Below, piece after piece: positions 57,324 to 64,000 of a stretch of DNA of 64,000 nucleotides. The notes under the pieces are model-generated. The model was given only the letters and a program-made list of their open reading frames with translations. It had not been told where the DNA came from and did not search any database. The translations under genes were made by a program, and so were the position numbers. Origin of the DNA: Rhodospirillales bacterium (GTDB lineage: Bacteria > Pseudomonadota > Alphaproteobacteria > Acetobacterales > Acetobacteraceae); the NCBI GenBank assembly GCA_031424895.1, contig JANPIH010000119.1, forward strand, positions 38,441 to 102,440. The letters are read 5' to 3'. Every line of letters starts with the position of its first letter. Within the stretch, counting starts at the first letter, position 1.

Positions 57324-58037
57324 ATGAACGAGAGGTTAGCGCCGGCCGCGCTGCCGCCCGGGCAGCGGATCTATGCCGTCGGCGACGTGCATGGCTGCCT
57401 GGACCGGCTGGAGGCGATGCACCGCGCCATCGCCGACGATCTGCGCGCCCGCCCCCATGCCGACCCGCTGGTGATCCACCTGGGCGACTATATCGACCGC
57501 GGGCCTGACAGCGCCGGGGTGATCGCGCGGCTGATCGCGCCCTTCCCCGTCGCGGGCGTGCGGGTGCTGAACCTGTTGGGCAACCACGAGGACCTGCTGC
57601 TGGGCGCGCTGGCCGGGCAGCGGACGGATGCGGAGGTGTGGATCGCCAATGGCGGCCATGCGGCGCTGTCCAGCTGGGGGGTGCCGCCGCGCACGGCCCC
57701 GAAGCGGTGGGAGGCGTTGCTGCCGCCGCCGCACCTGGCCTTCATCCGCGCGCTGGCGCTGATGCACCGCGCCGGGGGCTACCTGTTCGTGCATGCCGGG
57801 GTGCGGCCGGGCGTGGCGCTGGACAAGCAGGCGCGCCAGGACCTGCTGTGGATGCGCGAGCCGTTCCTGTCGAGCACAGCCACGCACGAGGCGGTGGTGG
57901 TGCACGGCCACACGCCGGAGGACGCGGAGCCGGTGGTGCGGGCGAACCGGATCGGGCTGGACACCGGGGCGGTGCTGGGCGGCAAGCTGACCTGCGGCGT
58001 GTTCGAGGCGGATCGGCTGCGGTTCCTCGGCACTTGA
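57324..58037 (+). CDS. metallophosphoesterase (PrpA/ApaH-like Ser/Thr phosphatase family)
   Basis: GDVHGC, GDYIDRGPDS, GNHE and VHGH motifs in the canonical order. Confidence 0.85.
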   Translation: MNERLAPAALPPGQRIYAVGDVHGCLDRLEAMHRAIADDLRARPHADPLVIHLGDYIDRGPDSAGVIARLIAPFPVAGVRVLNLLGNHEDLLLGALAGQRTDAEVWIANGGHAALSSWGVPPRTAPKRWEALLPPPHLAFIRALALMHRAGGYLFVHAGVRPGVALDKQARQDLLWMREPFLSSTATHEAVVVHGHTPEDAEPVVRANRIGLDTGAVLGGKLTCGVFEADRLRFLGT

Positions 58038-58089
58038 AGCAGCAGGCCCGCCGCTTGCCATGCGGGTGGGCGTCCGGTAGGGCGATGGC

Positions 58090-59103
58090 ATGAGCAGCAG
58101 CGTGGACGGGCCGGACGACCCCCTGGACATCGGCCGCGCGATCGACCGCCTGGTCCGCGCGCGGGTGCTGGTGGTCGGCGACGCGATGCTGGACCGCTAC
58201 ATCTTCGGCCGGGTTCAGCGCATGAGCCCGGAGGCGCCGGTGCCGGTGCTGGCGATGGCCAGCGAACTCGACGAACCCGGCGGTGCCGGCAACGTGGTGC
58301 ACAATCTGTGCGCGCTGGGCGCTGCCGTCGCGTTCGTCTCGGTGGTCGGCGACGATCCGGCCGGGGCGGAACTGACCGGGCTGATCGGCGGGCAGCCGGG
58401 GGTGGAGCCGTGGCTGCTGGTGCAGGGCGGGCGCGTTACCACCGTCAAAACCCGCTATGTCGCCGAGGGCAGCCGCCAGGGCGGGCAGCAATTGCTGCGC
58501 ACCGACCGGGAGGACACGCGGCCGATCCACCCCAAGCTGGCCGAACGGCTGCAGCGCATTGCGCGCGATGCGATGGCGGCGACCTCGGTGCTGGTGCTGT
58601 CGGATTATCGCAAGGGGGTGCTGGCGGGCAACGTGCCGGCACAGCTGATCGCCGCCGCGCATGCCGCCAACCGGCGCGTGGTGGTGGACATGCGCGCGAG
58701 CGACTTCGGCCGCTATGCCGGGGCGGATGTGCTGGTGCCGCACCGCACCGACCTCGACCCCGGCGCGGACGAGCCGCCGGATGGCGACGCGGCGATCGCG
58801 GCGGCGGCGCAGGCGATCCGCGCGGCGCACGGCATCGGCGCGGTGCTGGTCAAGCGCGGCGAGGAGGGGATGAGCCTGGTGGACGCGGACGGGGCGGTGC
58901 ATTTCCGCCTGGACCCGGCGCGGCTGGTCGACCTGTCGGGCGCCGGCGACGCAGCGGTGGCGACCATGGCGGCCGGGGTGGCGGCAGGGCTGCCGGTGCG
59001 GGTGGCGGCCCTGCTGGCCAACGCGGCGGCCGGAGTGGTGGGGGCGCGGCCCGGCACCGGAGTGGTGCGGTGCGAGGATTTGCGGGCGGTGTTGGTGGAG
59101 TAA
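58090..59103 (+). CDS. hldA: D-glycero-beta-D-manno-heptose-7-phosphate kinase (RfaE domain I, PfkB family)
   Basis: VLVVGDAMLDRYIFGRVQRMSPEAPVPVL is the typical RfaE/HldE kinase N-terminus. DLSGAGDA PfkB motif. Confidence 0.8.
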   Translation: MSSSVDGPDDPLDIGRAIDRLVRARVLVVGDAMLDRYIFGRVQRMSPEAPVPVLAMASELDEPGGAGNVVHNLCALGAAVAFVSVVGDDPAGAELTGLIGGQPGVEPWLLVQGGRVTTVKTRYVAEGSRQGGQQLLRTDREDTRPIHPKLAERLQRIARDAMAATSVLVLSDYRKGVLAGNVPAQLIAAAHAANRRVVVDMRASDFGRYAGADVLVPHRTDLDPGADEPPDGDAAIAAAAQAIRAAHGIGAVLVKRGEEGMSLVDADGAVHFRLDPARLVDLSGAGDAAVATMAAGVAAGLPVRVAALLANAAAGVVGARPGTGVVRCEDLRAVLVE

Positions 59104-59238
59104 GCAAGGCCTTCTTTTTGTGGACAAAAAGAAGCAAAAGAACTTTATTCATTGGACCGATGCCTGACGTTCTCGCGTACGCGAGAGAATAAAAGTTTTT
59201 TGGTTCTTTTTTTCAAAAAAGAACATCCTTCCCTTTCC
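59104..59238. repeat. Family A element, copy A12 (H3+H1)
   Basis: H3 variant CTTCTTTTTGTGGACAAAAAGAAG at 59111-59134. H1 (rc form) at 59203-59224. Central hairpin TTCTCGCGTACGCGAGAA. Starts right after the hldA TAA (59101-59103). Confidence 0.9.
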
Positions 59239-59257
59239 GGAACCCTGCCTGTCCCGG

Positions 59258-61153
59258 GTGCTTCCCCTCCCGACGTATGGGGAGACGGGCGATGGCGGTG
59301 CGCGGGTGATCCGGCAGGTGGCCTATGGCAAGGCGCTCCTGGCTGGGGCGCTGGGGGCCTTGGTGTGGGCGGCGCTGTCGCTGGGGTTGGCATCGCTGGG
59401 GCTGCCGGTGCCGGACATGGTGGGGCCGGTGGGGGCGGTCACGCTGCCGGGGGGATCGCACTGGGCGCGCTGGGGTGTGGGGCTGGCGCTGCACCTGGCG
59501 GTGGGCGCGGTGTGGGCGCTGTTCTACGCCCATTTCTTCTTCTCGCTGCTGCCGCTGCGCCCGGTGCTGCAGGGCATGGTGTTCGCGCTGGGGCCGCTGC
59601 TGCTGTCGCTGCTGGTGCTGCGGCCGCAGTTGCGGCTAATGTTGATGGAGGGCGTGGAGGCGGGGCGGCTGGTGCGCCCGGCGCTGTCGCCGTTCGACGA
59701 GAACGTGGCGGTGCCGCTGGCGCTGGCGGTCGGGCACCTGGTGTGGGGGGCGATACTGGGGGCGCTGTACACCCGGCCGGTGGGCTACCCGAGCCATCGG
59801 CCCCCTCATCTGGCCCCCCCTCATCTGGCCACGCCCGAGATCCTGGTGGCGCCCGATCCGCCGCCGCCCGATGACCGGTTCATGTTCGCCACCGGCATCG
59901 AGTGCAGCTACCCGACCATCGAACACGGGCGCTGGCGCATGGACCAGATGGCGGCGTGCGACCATTACCGGCGCTGGCGCGAGGACCTCGGCCTGGTGCG
60001 GGAGCTGGGGCTGCGCTACCTGCGCTATGGCCCGCCGCTGCACCTGATGTTCCGCGGGCCGGGGCAGTATGAATGGGGGTTCATGGATGCGGTGGCGGCC
60101 GAGATGCGGCGGCTGGGCATCGTGCCGATGATCGACCTGGTGCATTTCGGCGTGCCGGACTGGCTGGGCAATTTCCAGAACCCGGAGCTGGCGCCGGCGC
60201 TGGCGGAGTTCGCCGGCGCCTTCGCGCGGCGCTATCCGTGGGTGAAGCTGTACACGCCGGTGAACGAGATGTACGTGTGCACCAAGCTGTCGGCGCTGGA
60301 GGGCATGTGGAACGAACAGCGGCGCGACGAGCGCAGCTTCGTCACCGCCGTGCGCAACGTGGCCAAGGCGGGGGTGCTGATGGCCCAAGCGATCCGCGCG
60401 GTGCGGCCGGATGCGATCTTCATCAACAGCGAAAGCGGCGAGTTCTACCAGCCCTGCTGCCCGGAGCCGGAGGTGGTGCGCATCGCGACGTTCGAGAACG
60501 AGCGGCGGTTCCTGCCGCTGGACCTGCTGTATGGCCATCCGGTCAGCGACGGGATGCGCAAGTACCTGTCCGAGCACGGCATGCCGGACGACGAGTATGC
60601 CTGGTTCATGCAGCAGGATGTCAAAAGCCGGGCGATCCTGGGTGTTGACTACTACGTGTGGAACGAGAAGCTGATCGACACCCACGGCCGCGTGCAGACG
60701 CTGGGCGAGCTGTTCGGCTGGTATGTGGTGGCGCAGCAATACTACGAGCGCTACCGCCGGCCGCTGATGCACACCGAGACCAACCACCAGGATGCGCGCG
60801 AGGGGCCGCGCTGGCTGTGGCGGCAGTGGCACAACGTGCAGTTGCTGCGCGAGAGCGGCGTGCCGATCGTGGGCTTCACCTGGTATTCGCTGACCGACCA
60901 GGTGGACTGGGATGTCGGGCTGTCGGCGTCGCGCGGCAACGTGAATCCGGTGGGCCTGTTCGACCTCAACCGCGATCCGCGGCTGGTCGGGCAGTCGTAT
61001 CGGCACATGGCACGCATCTTCGGGCGCGACCTGGCGCGGGACCCGACGCTGGAGCAGGTGCTGGCCGATGCCGCGCAGGGGCGGATGGTGGCGCCGCCGG
61101 ACATGGGTGCCGTGGTGGGCGGCGAGCCCGATGCGGGGCGGGCCGGGGGATGA
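59258..61153 (+). CDS. membrane domain fused to a GH1-like glycoside hydrolase domain
   Basis: The N-terminal ~200 aa are hydrophobic. From the ATG at 59882 (MFATGIECSYP...) the sequence looks like a family-1 glycosyl hydrolase (TPVNEM acid/base region, HTETN nucleophile region). No stop separates the two parts. Confidence 0.65.
   Translation: MLPLPTYGETGDGGARVIRQVAYGKALLAGALGALVWAALSLGLASLGLPVPDMVGPVGAVTLPGGSHWARWGVGLALHLAVGAVWALFYAHFFFSLLPLRPVLQGMVFALGPLLLSLLVLRPQLRLMLMEGVEAGRLVRPALSPFDENVAVPLALAVGHLVWGAILGALYTRPVGYPSHRPPHLAPPHLATPEILVAPDPPPPDDRFMFATGIECSYPTIEHGRWRMDQMAACDHYRRWREDLGLVRELGLRYLRYGPPLHLMFRGPGQYEWGFMDAVAAEMRRLGIVPMIDLVHFGVPDWLGNFQNPELAPALAEFAGAFARRYPWVKLYTPVNEMYVCTKLSALEGMWNEQRRDERSFVTAVRNVAKAGVLMAQAIRAVRPDAIFINSESGEFYQPCCPEPEVVRIATFENERRFLPLDLLYGHPVSDGMRKYLSEHGMPDDEYAWFMQQDVKSRAILGVDYYVWNEKLIDTHGRVQTLGELFGWYVVAQQYYERYRRPLMHTETNHQDAREGPRWLWRQWHNVQLLRESGVPIVGFTWYSLTDQVDWDVGLSASRGNVNPVGLFDLNRDPRLVGQSYRHMARIFGRDLARDPTLEQVLADAAQGRMVAPPDMGAVVGGEPDAGRAGG
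59801..59830 (+). repeat. 15-bp tandem duplication (CCCCCTCATCTGGCC x2) encoding PPHLA-PPHLA in the linker
   Basis: Two identical contiguous in-frame units. Confidence 0.9.
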
Positions 61154-61217
61154 TCAGCCCCACGAGGCTTGAGCCTCGATGATCAGCCCCATGAGGCTTG
61201 AGCCTCGATGATCAGCA
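61151..61217 (+). repeat. 29-nt tandem repeat (TGATCAGCCCCA[CT]GAGGCTTGAGCCTCGA), 2.3 copies
   Basis: Units at 61151-61179 and 61180-61208, with a partial unit from 61209. Each unit contains the palindrome GAGGCT..AGCCTC and an ATGA junction. Confidence 0.9.
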
Positions 61218-61777
61218 TGGTGCGCGCCCACGGGCTCGATCCCGGGCCGACGCAGCGGCCGTTGGCGACAGGCGCGCTGGCGGGGCTTCTGGCGTCGTTG
61301 CCGGCGATTGCGGTGCTGGAGGAGTTTGGCTGGCTGGATGCGCTGGCGCATGCCATCGGGGGTGCAGCGCTCGGCAGCGTGGCGGTGGCGCTGGCGTGTG
61401 CTGCGGTGCTGACGGTGGCGGGGCTGCTGTATGGGCTGCTGTTCGGGCGCGGCGCGAACGACCCGCTGGGCGGGTGGCTGTTCGGCCTGGCGTTCGGGTT
61501 CCTGCTGTGGATGCTGCTGTCGGTGGTGTTGCTGCAATTTCTGCCGGCGACCGAAAGCGGGCGGCCGGTGTTCATCGGGCGGCCGGTGATGGGGCTGCTG
61601 CTGGGGGCGCTGGTGTGGGGGGCGGGGCTGGGTGCCGCCTTCCCGCCGCTGCACCGGAAGCTGCGGGCGGGGCTGGACGATAACGAGATGGAGGAGCGGC
61701 CCAGTGCGGCCAAGGTGGGGCCGGAGGCGGCGGCGATGCCGGAACTGGGGCGGAACCCGAAGAAAGCGGTAGGGTAG
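61208..61777 (+). CDS. membrane protein of unknown function
   Basis: 189 aa with 4-5 hydrophobic segments. It is weakly similar in character to the N-terminal domain of the preceding gene. Confidence 0.55.
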   Translation: MISMVRAHGLDPGPTQRPLATGALAGLLASLPAIAVLEEFGWLDALAHAIGGAALGSVAVALACAAVLTVAGLLYGLLFGRGANDPLGGWLFGLAFGFLLWMLLSVVLLQFLPATESGRPVFIGRPVMGLLLGALVWGAGLGAAFPPLHRKLRAGLDDNEMEERPSAAKVGPEAAAMPELGRNPKKAVG

Positions 61778-61910
61778 GAAGCAGTTCTTTTTTGGAAAAA
61801 AGAACCAAAAAACTTTCATGACTTCGCACCGTGGCTGGAACACCAGCCTCGGTGCAAATGGATAGAAAGTCTTTTTGCTTCTTTTTCTTCAGAAAAAGAA
61901 GATTCTCCCT
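61778..61910. repeat. Family A element, copy A13 (H1+H2), between convergent stop codons
   Basis: H1 variant at 61784-61805 and H2 at 61878-61901. Central stems GCACCG/CGGTGC and GGCTGG/CCAGCC. Flanked by the TAG at 61775-61777 and the TAG (rc) at 61913-61915. Confidence 0.9.
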
Positions 61911-61912
61911 GG

Positions 61913-63094
61913 CTATAGCCCCGCCGCCTCCAGCCGCAGAATCGCCCGCGCCATGGCCTGGGCGCGCGGCACCAGGCTGTCGATGCGCAGGAACTCCTCG
62001 GGCGAGTGCGCCTTGCCGCCAACGGGGCCCACGGCGCAGATGGTCGGCGCGCCGACGGCGGCGGTGAAGCCGCTATCCGCGCAGCCGCCGGTGAATTCGC
62101 CGTCGGTGGCAAAGCCGGTGTCGGCGGCGGACTGCACATACAGCTCGAACAGTTTCCTGGCCGTGGGAGTTTGGTTGAGCGGCAGGAACTCGCCCTTGAT
62201 GGTCAGCTCCGCCTTGGTGCCGGGCACGAAGCTGCGCGCGATGATCGCCTCGATCTTGCCCATGATCTCGTCGCGGTCGGCGGGGTGGATGTAGCGCAGG
62301 TCGATCTGGCCCTCGGCCCAGGGTGCCACGGTGTTGACGCTCTGCCCGCCGGAGACGAGGCCGACGTTCAGCGTGATGCCGCGGTCGAGGTCGGTCAGCG
62401 CGTGGATGGCGGTGATCTTGTGGGCCAGTTCGCCGATGGCGCTGATGCCCTCGGAAAAATTGCCGCCGGAATGGGCGGCCTTGCCAGTCATGCGAAACGC
62501 GCTGAACACGCCGCCCTTGCGCCCGGTGACGACGTTGCCGGAGACGCGGCCGGGCTCGGAGTTGAACACCACGCGGGCGCGCCGCGCCTCGGCCTCGATC
62601 ACCGGGCGGCCTTCGGGGGAGCCGATTTCCTCGTCGCCGGTGAACAGGCCGACCAGCGGGGCCGGGGCGCCGCCGAACTTGCGGAAGGCGGCCAGCACGA
62701 AGGCGTTCATCACCAGCCCGGCCTTCATGTCGGCCACGCCGGGGCCATAGGCGATGCCGTCCGTGATGGTGAAGGGGCGGCGCTGCGTCTCGCCGTCCGG
62801 GAAGACCGTGTCGCGATGGCCCATCAGCACGATGTTGGTGGGGGCGTTGGTAAGGCTGGCGGAGGCCGGCTCGGCGCCGACCAGCGCGCGGATGCAGTCG
62901 CCGTGCCGGGATTGGGCCACGCGCTCGGTGGGGATGTCCTGGCTGGCGAGCCAAGTCTCGATCGCCGCACCCACCGCATCGATGCCGGGCTTGTTGTAGC
63001 TGCCGCTGTCGATGTCCACGGTCTGGCGCAGCAGGTCGATCATGGCCTGCTGCTGGCTGGCGAGCCAGGCGGTGATGGCGGATTCAGTGCTCAT
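61913..63094 (-). CDS. M20-family metallopeptidase (carboxypeptidase G2-like)
   Basis: Starts MSTESAITAWLASQQQAMIDLLRQTVDIDSGS... Motifs HRDTVF, GVADMKAG and GDEEIGS. The ORF 5' extension to 63202 is repeat A14 sequence. Confidence 0.85.
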   Translation of the reverse strand: MSTESAITAWLASQQQAMIDLLRQTVDIDSGSYNKPGIDAVGAAIETWLASQDIPTERVAQSRHGDCIRALVGAEPASASLTNAPTNIVLMGHRDTVFPDGETQRRPFTITDGIAYGPGVADMKAGLVMNAFVLAAFRKFGGAPAPLVGLFTGDEEIGSPEGRPVIEAEARRARVVFNSEPGRVSGNVVTGRKGGVFSAFRMTGKAAHSGGNFSEGISAIGELAHKITAIHALTDLDRGITLNVGLVSGGQSVNTVAPWAEGQIDLRYIHPADRDEIMGKIEAIIARSFVPGTKAELTIKGEFLPLNQTPTARKLFELYVQSAADTGFATDGEFTGGCADSGFTAAVGAPTICAVGPVGGKAHSPEEFLRIDSLVPRAQAMARAILRLEAAGL

Positions 63095-63156
63095 GACAGG
63101 GCTCCTCGTGACGCGACGCGACTGTCGCATCCTCGGCGGAGTTCGGCCAGCCTGGA

Positions 63157-63292
63157 GGAAGGAAGAATGTTCTTTTTGAAAAAAGAACCAAAAACTTTTC
63201 ATTCATGGCACCGTGCGCGATCATCAAGACCCGGTGCCATGAATAAAAAGTCTTTTTGCTTCTTTTTCTTCAGAAAAAGAAGAATCTTATAT
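63157..63292. repeat. Family A element, copy A14 (H1+H2)
   Basis: H1 (short form GTTCTTTTTGAAAAAAGAAC) at 63169-63188 and H2 at 63259-63282. Central stem CATTCATGGCACCG/CGGTGCCATGAATAA. Confidence 0.9.
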
Positions 63293-63298
63293 GAACAC

Positions 63299-63532
63299 TC
63301 AGCCCGCTTGCACGAAAACTTCCGCGCCGCCGACGCGTACATGGGAGAAATGGCCGCGCGCGCCGGGGATGGCTGCTTCGGCTGTTTCGCGGCTGGGGTA
63401 GAGCGTGGCGCCGGCGGCACGGACCGCATAGGCGCGGACCGTGTCGACTTCGGCGGTTTCCAGTGCGTCCTCGAACGCGGGGTTGGCGGCCAGGGCGTAG
63501 GCGCTGTGGCGGACGAGGACGTACTGGGTCAT
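63299..63532 (-). CDS. small hypothetical protein (77 aa)
   Basis: Starts MTQYVLVRHSAYALAANPAFEDALE... G/C-biased third positions. No family recognised. Confidence 0.4.
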   Translation of the reverse strand: MTQYVLVRHSAYALAANPAFEDALETAEVDTVRAYAVRAAGATLYPSRETAEAAIPGARGHFSHVRVGGAEVFVQAG

Positions 63533-63548
63533 GGGTTGGCGCCTGGCG

Positions 63549-63878
63549 TCAGCTGTCCTCGTCGTCGGTCTTGGTGTCGACCTCCTCGGCGTCGTCGGTG
63601 TCCGTGTCCTCGGCGTCCTCGTCGTCGGAGGCGTCCAGCAGGGGAACGGCGTCGTCATCGGCGGCTTCGGCCTGGACGGCGGTGGGGGCGACGGCGGCCG
63701 GGCGGGCGGACCAGCGGGCGCCGGGGGTGCGCGGCACGGCCAGGGTGCGCGCGCGCGGCGGCGGCTGGTCGGTGCCGCAGGCGGGGCAGCGGGCGGGGGC
63801 GCGGCCAAGGTCGTAGAAGCGGACGGCGCAATGGGCGCAGACGCGCTTGGTGCCCAGTTCCGGGCGAGCGGTGTACAT
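63549..63878 (-). CDS. TIGR02300-type zinc-ribbon protein with an acidic tail (FYDLN family)
   Basis: MYTARPELGTKRVCAHCAVRFYDLGRAPARCPACG followed by a D/E-rich C-terminus. Confidence 0.75.
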   Translation of the reverse strand: MYTARPELGTKRVCAHCAVRFYDLGRAPARCPACGTDQPPPRARTLAVPRTPGARWSARPAAVAPTAVQAEAADDDAVPLLDASDDEDAEDTDTDDAEEVDTKTDDEDS

Positions 63879-64000
63879 GGTCAGGCGCCCGTGGTGGCGC
63901 AGTACAGCGCCGGCATCGTCCAGACAGGAATATTCATCGGTGTGGCCCCATGCGGCGCGCAGGCGATACGCCGCCAAATCGCCGAAGGATTTTCCGGTGA

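Noticed and set aside
61154-61843. 229-aa minus-strand His/Gln/Pro/Arg-rich ORF
   Set aside because: It is antisense to the hydrophobic plus-strand membrane protein gene, and its start lies in repeat A13.
6889-63292. Family A copies as a CRISPR array
   Set aside because: The copies are kilobases apart and separated by ordinary genes. They occur in both orientations, are composite palindromes of ~130 nt, and no cas genes are present.
63880-64000. Possible partial gene at the window end
   Set aside because: The in-frame upstream extension of the TIGR02300 ORF (MAAYRLRAAWGH...) has no recognisable features, and no other frame is convincing within 120 nt. I left it unannotated.

Overview
This is a very GC-rich bacterial chromosomal window. 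Its gene content looks alphaproteobacterial, but that is an inference and no taxonomy was run. I call about 60 protein genes. I saw no rRNA, tRNA or CRISPR array.

Landmarks, in order:
- argG.
- A six-gene Ehr/Hyf-like membrane complex (7.0-13.6 kb, minus strand). Its hydrogenase-like large subunit has lost both NiFe cysteine pairs.
- A hopanoid cluster, hpnA-hpnB-hpnC-hpnD-hpnE-shc-hpnG (16.3-24.9 kb), with a yefM-yoeB toxin-antitoxin pair inserted between shc and hpnG.
- A truncated sugar ABC operon.
- moaE-moaD-mobB-pgsA.
- A decaying MNT/HepT plus WYL islet.
- pgm-galU and maeB.
- A 3.9 kb islet with an animal-haem-peroxidase-family protein and a polytopic membrane protein. One side carries a diverged duplicate of the 3' end of the neighbouring histidine-phosphatase gene.
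- An ABC-2 exporter.
- Two tandem paralogues with degenerate EAL-like domains.
- A heptose kinase and a GH1-like fusion protein.

The strongest signal that genes do not explain is repetitive DNA:
- Family A has 14 copies of a 100-240 bp element that is AT-rich and built from nested palindromes. It has modular hairpin arms and central stems whose sequences differ between copies while pairing is kept. Copies usually sit flush against stop codons and sometimes split tightly coupled operons.
- Family B has 5 copies of a 135-180 bp GC-rich palindromic element.

All calls rest on reading the translated ORFs and the sequence by eye. No database search was run. Start codons and repeat boundaries are approximate, about +-5 nt for repeats.
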